Of a stretch of 62,563 nucleotides of DNA, positions 27,807 through 38,500 are shown in pieces. The notes under the pieces were generated by a model that saw only the letters and a program-made list of their open reading frames with translations, was not told where the DNA came from and searched no databases. This stretch comes from an uncultured virus (IMG/VR IMGVR_UViG_3300030333_002313). Its lineage: Duplodnaviria; Heunggongvirae; Uroviricota; Caudoviricetes. A program made the translations under genes and the position numbers. The stretch lies in IMG/VR virus record IMGVR_UViG_3300030333_002313. One strand, 5' to 3'. How positions within the stretch are numbered: position 1 is the first letter of the stretch; each line of letters opens with the position of its first letter.

Positions 27807-29551
27807 GTAAGGTCAAATTCATAATTAGTTAGGTCAAAACGTACATCATTTCTAGTAAAGTCTGGATTGTTATTGTCTCTATCAAATGGAATAGATGTCA
27901 TATCGAATTTACCAACAATACTGTCCCATTTCAGTACTGCTGAAGTGTCTTCGCCACTGGTACCACCAGTGACTGTAAGGATAACAAGGTTAGATGCAAG
28001 AGGTGAGTTAGATGCCTGTTGTGCTTCACCTAAAGGTCCAGTAACAATACATCTAAATCGATATCCAGTCATATATGCTTGTGCTAAAACTGAATAAGTT
28101 GAGCTATTAGCACCAGTTATATTAGCCCAAGCAAATCCACCATCAGTAGATACTTGCCATTGATACCCTTTAGTACCATCTTCAGGTTCTATAACAGCAA
28201 GTAAACTAAACTGTTGAGTACCACCACTAGCAATAGTTGCATTAGTAGGTTGATTAGTAATGATAATACTAGGAGTAGTTGGTGCACCTCCACCTTCTCC
28301 TCCTTCTTCACCACCTGATGATTCCTGTCCAATACCCTGATTTGCTGGTATATTTAGAGTTTCTTTAGAAGAAAGACCAAATATATAAGGGAATTTTGGT
28401 GTCATATAACGATTAGGTACTACCGTAATAGCACCTCCACCACTAGACATTCCCGAATGATTGAGGCAATAATAATATAAATTAGGTGCATCAGAAGGTA
28501 CAGTGATCTCTGTATATGCACCAGACTCACCTGCAGTACCAACAGATGTCACACCACTTGTATATTCAACTCCACCACTGTGTATACCATTCTCTGTTGT
28601 TGAGAATTTAATAGGGTGTGATAAATTAGTTGGATCTGATTGTATAAACCTATAAGTACTTCCTTGAATAAATGTTAAATTTGGATACAAGACTCCATCA
28701 AGACGATACTTATTACCATCATTCTCACTTGTAACTGTTACGACATATTCTTTGCTTTCTGTTTCGTCTCCCCAGAGGGTGATGAAGTAAGCAAAAGTGC
28801 CATTGGGATACTCAGGAGTATAACAAAAACGACCATTATAAACATCTAAATGCCTCCCTACTTTATCTACATTATATTCATAATCCTCCATTAATGCACC
28901 TTTAGGAGGATTTGCTGTTGTAGTACCATATGCAGGTCTATTAACAGCAATAGATTCTTTCATCTGATATCCAGTCTCCATTAAAACTACTGGAGAAGTA
29001 TTATCCTGTGGTAAATTATATCCATAAGGACCGTAAACAGGATAACCATCAAATGCAATACCTAAAATCTTAGAGTGTCCGTCAGGGTGACGCATATTGT
29101 CACCAACATACTGACTTAATCCATAGTAATCATTATAAGCACCCATCACCTGATTGGTTTTCCAAGCACCTATAAACTCACCGTCAATATAATGATATTG
29201 ATCATTAGCATTAGGACGACCACCAGCAGCATCATCACCAGGATTGTACATACCAAAAGCATCAGTAGCCACCCAATTAAATCCAGTTGGAGGACTACCA
29301 AGAGTACCTGCAGATGGATTATTTAAAACAACTCCATTAGCACTTATTCCAACAACACCTAGTGGTAAACTACCACCTGCTTGAGTGTTAGTACCACCTC
29401 TATATGTAAAAGCGTGACTAAAAGTATAAGACTCAACATCATTAGAATTGTTTGCATTAGGGAACGTACCCTTAGCAACGGGATTGGGTAAACCATCTCC
29501 CGTTACTGTGAGTACATCATTGCTTGGATTGTAACTACCGTTTGCTGCCAT
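27803..29551 (-). CDS. YHYH-domain structural protein with inserted cupredoxin-like and C-terminal Ig-like domains
   Basis: LGVVGISANGV, YHY, HSKILGIAFDGYPVYGPYG, LDVYNGRFCYTPEYPNG, LYYYCLNHSGM and ITNQP...YQWQ...YRFRC. Confidence 0.85.
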   Translation of the reverse strand: MAANGSYNPSNDVLTVTGDGLPNPVAKGTFPNANNSNDVESYTFSHAFTYRGGTNTQAGGSLPLGVVGISANGVVLNNPSAGTLGSPPTGFNWVATDAFGMYNPGDDAAGGRPNANDQYHYIDGEFIGAWKTNQVMGAYNDYYGLSQYVGDNMRHPDGHSKILGIAFDGYPVYGPYGYNLPQDNTSPVVLMETGYQMKESIAVNRPAYGTTTANPPKGALMEDYEYNVDKVGRHLDVYNGRFCYTPEYPNGTFAYFITLWGDETESKEYVVTVTSENDGNKYRLDGVLYPNLTFIQGSTYRFIQSDPTNLSHPIKFSTTENGIHSGGVEYTSGVTSVGTAGESGAYTEITVPSDAPNLYYYCLNHSGMSSGGGAITVVPNRYMTPKFPYIFGLSSKETLNIPANQGIGQESSGGEEGGEGGGAPTTPSIIITNQPTNATIASGGTQQFSLLAVIEPEDGTKGYQWQVSTDGGFAWANITGANSSTYSVLAQAYMTGYRFRCIVTGPLGEAQQASNSPLASNLVILTVTGGTSGEDTSAVLKWDSIVGKFDMTSIPFDRDNNNPDFTRNDVRFDLTNYEFDLT

Positions 29552-32500
29552 TAGTTGTCATCAAATATTTGATCTGGGGTGAAGTTATCAACTGTGGTAG
29601 AACCTATGTTGATTGTCAGTATGGAAGATTGAGATAGGGTTGGTGTAGCACCAAGTGATGTTAATCCGACTCTAAATTCATCTCCTCCGTCACCCTGAGT
29701 TGTAGCAGGTGTAGTATATGTTGGTGATGTAGCTCCGTTAATATTTATCCATTCATTAGTACCGTAATCCTTCTTCTGCCACTGATAGTTAATAACTCCA
29801 CCAGCAGGAGTTGTGGATGCGATTACAGTAAAGGAAGCAGTCTGACCTTGGTTAACTGTTGTGTTAACTGGTTGTGATTCAATAGTGATATATGATTCAC
29901 CTTGTGCTTCAGATTCACCTTGAGGAATGTAGTTAGGATCATAAATGTCAATACCACCATTAACACCAGCACCTGTAGGTCCTAAGAATGTTTCATCAAC
30001 TGTCGTATGAACATCTACTGAAGGTAGTACATAACCTTGACCAGCATTCTTAACATCAATACGTGCGAGACCAACTAATGCCTTGATCTTACCACCGAAA
30101 CCAGAGGAGGAAATCACATCAACTTGAGGACGTGATGTATAACCATCACCTGAATTTGTTAGAATTGCTTCAGTAATACGACCTCTCTCAATATTTGCAA
30201 GTGCTTGTGCGTTACGTCCACGTACAGATCCTGTATACTCGAAAGTAATTAGTGAGTTAGAAGACTCAATAAGAGCAACTTCTCTTTCAAATTCTTCACC
30301 CTCGATTGCTAGTTTGTCACCAGTTTCAATTGGAGGTACAACTGTTGCTGCGATAACGTCAACATCAGAACCAATGTAGGAGAATGCAACGAATGTAGAA
30401 CCCGCACGAGGAACTTCAGAGAAGATAATACGTGAACCAACAAGTTCAAAACCGATACCTGGTTCCTGTACAACACCATTTAACTGACAGATGATGTTGT
30501 TCTCAGGTCTGATAGTGTTAGACTGTACACCTTCAGTCAATGTTAGTGAGTAGAATACTCCACCTAACTTCAAGTTGAAGGAGTTACGTAATGAATCAAA
30601 GTCGAATGAGATATCATCTAATTGTCTCAACTTACCTACGTAAACACCGTGGAATGTTGAGTTAATTGCAGGTGCTTCAGTGAACTGAATGTTATCTGAG
30701 AATGCAGTGAATGCATTATTACCACCTGGAGGTTGTAGGATTCCATTCACGAAGATCATCATATGACCTGCAGGATCTGGGAAGTATGCAGTACCATTTT
30801 CAGTGGTCAACTTGAAGTCCTTAGTTTCTCCATCGAATCCTCTGAAGTACCTTCTAACACGTCCACGTAAAGTCTTAGCAACTGAACAAGCACCTCTGAA
30901 TCCATAATCACCAATAATCTGTGAGTTCTTCAAGAAGGTTCCAGCAGTATCACCAAGATGAATGATTGCACGTAGACCAATTTGCTCAATTCTCTCAATA
31001 CGTCCATATGCAGTTGTTGCAGTAATTACAACAGAAGAGATAGCGGATGTGTATACACTTGGGAAGTTAGATCCAGAAGGAATCTTAGCAAGTTGATAAG
31101 CAACATCACCAGCAATAACTGTTAAATCATCACCGATAGCAGAGAATCTACCTTCTTCATTTGCAAGGTAAACGTACTTGTTATCAGCATCGTGTTCAGT
31201 AACAACGAATGTGTGACCAACTGACTGACCTGCATTTTGAAGTTGTAGTACATCACCAACCTTAAATGTATCATCTACACCAAAGTCAGTAATTAATGAT
31301 GCATATTCAAATCTAGTAATCTCGGTAGAATGGATGTACTCACCAAATCCAGGCATAATATTAAATGCCTCAACTTCAATAATTTGATCAGTAACAGAAC
31401 CGTAGATAACATCTCCAACACCATAGTTACCAGTAACAGTCTCAATATCAAATGTTACACGACCTGACTGGTTATCAAGTAGAGCACCATCATTATTACG
31501 TACGATAAGTGCATTTGCTCTACCAGAATCTTGCTTACTGAATAATAGATCAGTTGCAATAAATTCACCCATTCTAAAGTTAACTAATATACGCTTATGG
31601 GTAGCATCACTAACAGTACCTTGAGCACCAGATGTTAATCCTTCAATATTATCTCCTTGTACAATGTTACCACCAGTAAGAACTAACTTAATGTAAGTAG
31701 CATTATCTGTTGCAAGGATGGTTCCTTTATTTCCTGTAGCACCAGTCTTAACAACTTCCTCACCATTAACAAATACTTCAGGATCGCTAGTAACTGTAAG
31801 TGGTAAGTAAATGACATTATAAAGAACCTTAGCCCAGTTATCTTGTATTCTAATAACTTCAGCATATGCACCAGTAGTATCACCGAAGAATATATCTGCA
31901 GGTTGTATACCACCAGCGATAGGTGTTGGTACATTACGCTCACCAAATGTTGATGGAGTACGATGTATACCAGTCTCATCAACTACAGATAATGTATGAA
32001 CTTGACCTGCTGTTCCTGGAGATAGTAATTCAATCTTATCACCATCAATATATTCTGAAATCCATATTAGATTTTCAGTAGTATCTGGGTGAATGAAATA
32101 TACTTGCCTGTCTAGTTCAGCAATAGCAGAACCTAGAACTGTATAAGTAACACGATCATATGCTTGGAATAAATGTCCATTAGGAGCATCAATAGAACCA
32201 TCAGTATTAACCATAGTTCCAACATTAAATTGGAACTTAAGATAAGCTGTAGGTAGAGTTGATCTCTCAAGTGCAACTTCAATTAAGTGGAATAACTGCC
32301 AAACCTTATGTTGTGCTGTTTCAGTAGGACGTAGTTCTCGATTCTCATATGGTACCTCTTGGTTATAAGGACCAGGATTATCTGCTTTTTGCTGAAGAAC
32401 TTTAAGTACCATATCTTTAACAGCAGCAGTATGATACAACAGATATGTTCTGAAGATATTAGGGAACGCTATGAAGTTACCCTCGGCATCAAACCAACTG

Positions 32501-35500
32501 TTAACTAATTCGAGAGTTTTGATATTACCATCAGTAATTAAGTCATATATCAATGCTTTACGGATATTAGTTGCGAATGATTCGTCTCCTGTATATCCAC
32601 CATAATTTTGCATAGTCTTGTAATATGATTCACGATCAATATACTGATCATTGAACCATATCAATCTTGCTGCCTGACGATACATTTCAGGTGCACGACC
32701 AAGTGTCATATTAATCATATCTGCTAATGTATTAGAAGCAGATACTACGTTATAACAAATACCACCACCAGATTGTAATGTATTAGTTTGAAGTGGAGCC
32801 TGTCTAAAGACAGATTGATTAGTAAACCAATTACCATTACCTTGAGCAGCAGTGTCAATAACATTAATTGGATAATTAAACAACTGTATTATTTGAGATC
32901 CAACAGCAGCACACTCACCATTACCAGCTTGATCATAAGTTATTGTTAAATCACGAATTGCAGCACGTTCACCTGTTAGTGGCCATTCACCTGGTAGAGT
33001 TCTAGTAATACCATTGATGTATGCTTCAGGATTACTTACACCAGAACCAAACAGATTGATAGGAATATTCATCAATGTAGTAATAGCAGATGCTTCATTG
33101 CTACAACGTGCAGCACCACCACCTGTATAAGAGGTAACAGCATTACTCTGAGAACTAATGAAGGTATGAGCATAAGCACCACCAGTGTGTACTGCTGCTC
33201 TTCTAATTCCGTGAGGAGTAGCACTCACAAATGTATGAGTTGTAGTGTTAGTAGAAGGAGCAGATGCTAGAACCTGTACAGTAAATGTGTCAGTTGTGAC
33301 GTTAGAAATCGTCATAACTCTATTACTGAATGGATCAGTTGGACGTGGATATGGGTGCTCAGTATTGTTACTATCTTCTAAGCAAGTAAAGACTAATGAA
33401 TAATCATCAAGGATAATTCCATCACCATTACTCCATCCGTGATCAGGAACTGTAACTGTCATAATACCTGTAGCAGGTAAGTATGAAGCATTAGTTACTG
33501 TCTTCTTAGTTGGTCCTTCAAATACGTGTGTATAAAGTCCACCACTACGTACTGCCATTCCCTTAGAACTTACATACTTGTGCTCATAAACTCCACCACC
33601 AAGTACTTGAGGTTTGGTGATTGAATTAGCAGCAGCAGACTGGAATACGTGAGTTGTAGTGTTTGTAGAAGGAGTTACATCTAATACCTTCACATCAAAT
33701 GTGTTAGTAGTTACGTTAGAAATGCGAAGCATTCTTCCAGATGCAGGGTCAGTACTACGTGGATAAGCGTGGTCAGATGCTTGACCATCTTGATCACAAC
33801 GGAAAGTTACTGCATTATCAGCAAGATAAATGTACTCACCTTCATAGAACTTATGATTATTAACAGTTAACGTAATAACACCTGTTGTTGGGTTGTATGC
33901 AGCACTGCTAGGTGTCCAAGTTGTCTGTTGATTGACGAAGTTATGAGTTGTAGTGTTAGAAGAAATACCAACGTTGATTGTAATTGTTCCATCAAGATGA
34001 TGAACACCATTAGAAGTAGCAGATACAAACTGATGAACTGTCTTATCAAGGTTAGCGTGTCCTACATATACATCAAAATCGTTTGTACCTACATTAGAAA
34101 TTGGTAGATACTCATCATATGAAGGATCATTTTGTCTTGGATATGAGTGAAGTGTTTCATTATCATCTCTAGCACAAGTAAATGTGATGGAATTTTCAGC
34201 CATCTTAATACTATCTCTTGCAACTTCAAGTCCACCAGTAGTTGCAGATACAAATGTATGAGCAGTCTGGTTAGAAATTGGACCTCTACCGAAGAAATTA
34301 CCAACGTTAACTTCAAATGTATTGGTACTTGCGTTAGTAACAACTAAGAAACGTTGAGATGCAGGATCACTTGGTCTTGGATAAGAATGGTTTGTAGCAT
34401 TACCATCTTGAGCACAAGTGAATGTAATAGAATTATCAGCAATTCTTACTCTGTCACCATTCTTCATTCCGTGAGCAGCACTTGTTATCCTTAACATACT
34501 GGTTGTTACATCGTAAGTAGCACCAGTTACTGTCTTTTGGAGAGAGGTAGTAAACCCGTGATTCGGTATGGTGAGATTCATCACACCAGTATTGGGGTTA
34601 TACTTAGCATTGGTTACAGTATGAGTAGTGTATCCAACTTGATCAATGTTAATTCCACGCTGATAGAATGGATCCTTCTTATGGATCATACCTCCAGAAG
34701 CAATTCCAGTATTGGTATGTGTGTAAATACCACCACCTCTGATTGCAGATCTTGTTATGCAATTAGCAGTACAAGACTTAAAGATATGTGTTGAAGTATT
34801 TGTAGAAGGTGCAGTCTCAAGAACCTTAACATTGAAGGTATCCTGAGTAACATTATCAATTACCATCCACTTATCCCAGAATGGATCTGTTCTTCTTGGA
34901 TAAACGTGATCACTAGCGTGACTATCTTTATCACAAGTGAATGTGAGTGAGTTCTCAGCAATCTTGATCATATCACCATCGTTATAACCGTGATTAGCAA
35001 TAGTCACAGTCATAATACCTGTAGTAGGATTGTAATTAATATCAGTTGGTGTCTTACCTACTTGCTGTATAAACTGGTGAGTTGTAGTGTTTGTAGAAGG
35101 TTGTGAAGCAAGAACCTGTACAGAAATTGTAGTAGGTGTTGTTGCAATAATAGGAACAGATGTCTGATAAGTAGGATCTCCTAAACGTGGATAGGTATGA
35201 TCTGTTTGATAGTTATCCTGAGCACATCTGAAGGTTAATGAATTAGCAGCAATACGAATCTTATGATCAGTAGTAAATTCGTGCTCACCAATCTCCATCT
35301 CCATAACACCCGAAGTTGGGTTGTAACTTACAGAGATAGGTTCAAATCCTGTGGTTGGTGTTTTACCAACTTGAACTTTAAATGTATTTGCTTGTACATC
35401 CTCTACTGGTAACCACTTACCGTAAGTAGGATCAGTAGCACGTGGATATGTGTGGCTTGAACCATTGTTATCCATTGTGCAAGTAAATGTAAATGCATTT

Positions 35501-38500
35501 AACTCAAACTTAACGAAGTCTCCATTAGAGTATCCGTGGTTGTTCAATGTTAGAAGCATATATCCAGTTTCAGGATCATATGATGCTGCTGTTGGTTGAG
35601 TTACTACAGTATTTGCTCTTGGATAAGTATGATTTGTTTGGTTGCTATCTAATCCACAAGTAAATGTTAATGAATCAGGTGAAATTCTAATATTGTCGTG
35701 CTTGTTAAAGTAATGGTTACCTATACCAAGTACCATTGTACCTGTAATTGGGTTGAAGTTAGCAGTAGAAACTGTATGTCCAGTTGAAGGAGTAGCACCA
35801 ACGTTAACAGTAACCCATCCAGTCTGTTCTTTTAATCCACCAGCAGTAGCACCAACAAATGTATGGGCAAAGTTACCACCACCAGCAATACCAACATTAC
35901 AGGTGAATGTATTAGCATCAGGTGTTGATAGAACTTCTAACCAATGTCCTGCTTCTGGATCATCTGCTCTTGGATATGTGTGGTTAGTAGCATTGCTATC
36001 CTTAGTACAATTGAATGTAATTGAATTAAGATCAAACTTAACTAAAGTAGGAGCAACGTGAATACTATTACCATTAGCTGCTTCGAATACGTGAATACTC
36101 TGATCAGAGATAGCACCACCTAAAGCATTTGATCCAACATTAACTGTGAATCTATTTCTAGATGCTTTCTTAACTATTAAGTAAGTTCCTGATGCAGGGT
36201 CAGTTGATCTTGGATATGGGTGAGTTGAACTGTATTGGTCTTTAGAACATCTGAATGTAATAGCACCATCATCGATCATTACACTATCACCAACAGCAAG
36301 TCTGTTGTCTGCAGAATAAACTTCCAAATCACCTGTTGCTGGATCGAACTTAGCAAAGGTTGGAGATATTGTACGCTTAGACTGGAATCCGTGATTATTA
36401 ATAGTTGCAGTTAATACACCACTTGTAGGAGTATAAGTTGCACCAGTAATAGTATGAGAGTTAGAACTTGACTCTTTTATTGTTAAAGCAGTGTTTCTAG
36501 CAGGGTCAGTTAGACGTGGATAAACGTGCTCAGTAGCGTGACTATCCATATCACAGGTGAATGTTAATGCTTCATCTGCAATCTTAATAGTAGTACCATC
36601 GATTAACTTATGAGCACCAACCTTAATCATCATATCGCCAGTTTCGCCATCATAATTAGCATCACCAACGCTATAGAATACAGCAGGTGTTGTACCAACG
36701 TTAACAGTAACAGAACCAGATTCTAGTTCTACACCATCCTTCTCAGCAGAAATAAACTTATGACTGTAATTACCACCAGTAGTTACACAATTATTTGTGG
36801 CAGATATAAATGTATGCTGAGTTACGTTAGTAGATGGAACAACTGGTAAAACGTTTAGAGTAATAGAAGTAGCAGTTGTACCTGTAATTTCTAAAGAGTT
36901 ACCATATACAGGGTCTTTAGACTTAATAATACAATTAGTTTCAGCACGAACGAATGTGTGAGTGTAGTTACCACCTGTTGTTATACAAGCAGGTACTGCT
37001 TCCTTAAAGATATGAGCAGTTGTATTAGAAGAGATACCAACATTAACTGTAATAGTATCATCCTTTTTAATAATTCCGTTAGATAGACCAGAAACAAATG
37101 TGTGAGTTGTAGTATTTGAAGATGGAATAGCATCTAATACTTGTACACTAAATGTAGTTGCATTTGGAACAGTAATAACTCTAATCCACTTATCACTAAT
37201 TGGATCAGTTGCTCTTGGATAAGGATGGTTAGAAGAATTACTATCTTCTAAGCAAGTAAAGGTTACTGCACCATCTCTAAACTTAACATAATCTCCAACA
37301 ACTAATCCGTGATTAGCAGATGTTGTTACCTCAAGAATACCTGTAGTTCCACTGTAAGTAGTACCACTAGCAGCAGTCATTGGAGTACCTTCGTACTTAA
37401 TGTTAACTGATGAATCGTATGTTTGGTCTTTCTTAGCAGTTAGAGAACCAGCAGTTGAAGAAACATAAGCGTGTGTGTAAATACCACCAGCTCTTACAAC
37501 ACATCTCTCAATACTATTAGCAACAGCACTTACAAAGTTGTGAGTTGTAGTATTGGTTGAAGGTACATTCTCTAGAACTTGAATACTAAAGGTATTAGCA
37601 TCAATGTATGTGATAGGAATAAACTTATTAGATACAGGATCTTTTGGTCTTGGATATGAGTGATTAGTTTGATCACTATCTTGACCACAAGTAAAGGTTA
37701 CAAAGTTATCATCAACTTTAATATGATCTCCATCTACCATACCGTGTCCAGTAACAGTAAGAGACATAACACCTGTTGATGGGTTATATGATGCTCCAGT
37801 TGGAGTTAACTTAGTAGGAGCCTGCCAAGTATGAGCAGTTGTGTTAGTAGATGGTTGTGAACTTAGAACTTGAACTGTAATTGTGTCTGCTGTAATAGCA
37901 GTGATTGGACAAGCAGTATCATAGAATGGGTCATTCTGAGTAGCACCACCTTGACCTGAAGCACGAGGATATGAGTGATCAGTAGCATAGTTATCAAAGG
38001 CACATTTGAATGTAAGTGAATTCTGAGAGAACCTTACAGATTGACCAACAGATAAATTATGTCCCTGTCCAATGGTCAATGTCATTAAACCTGTTGTTGG
38101 ATTGTAATCAACCATTGTTGGAGCAAATCCAACAGTAGGAGTCTTACCAACATTAACAGTAAATGTTGTAGCACCAGTTACATCAATCTCCAACCACTTA
38201 CCAGATGCAGGGTCAGTTGGTCTTGGATAAGAATGATTAGAACCATTACCGTCCATAGAACAGGTAAAGGTAATAGCATTATCAGCAAACTTAACTTTGT
38301 CACCATCCTGAAGACCGTGACTAGAAGCAGTTGTAACAGTCATTATTCCTGTTTCAGGATCATAAGAACCGTTATTGATATTTGCTACTGTATAAGTTGT
38401 ATTTCTAGGATAAGGGTGAAGAGTTTGATGACTATCTTGTGCACAAGTAAATGTAAGACCACCTTCAGCAATCTTAAGTGCAGTTCCTGCAGTAAGACTG

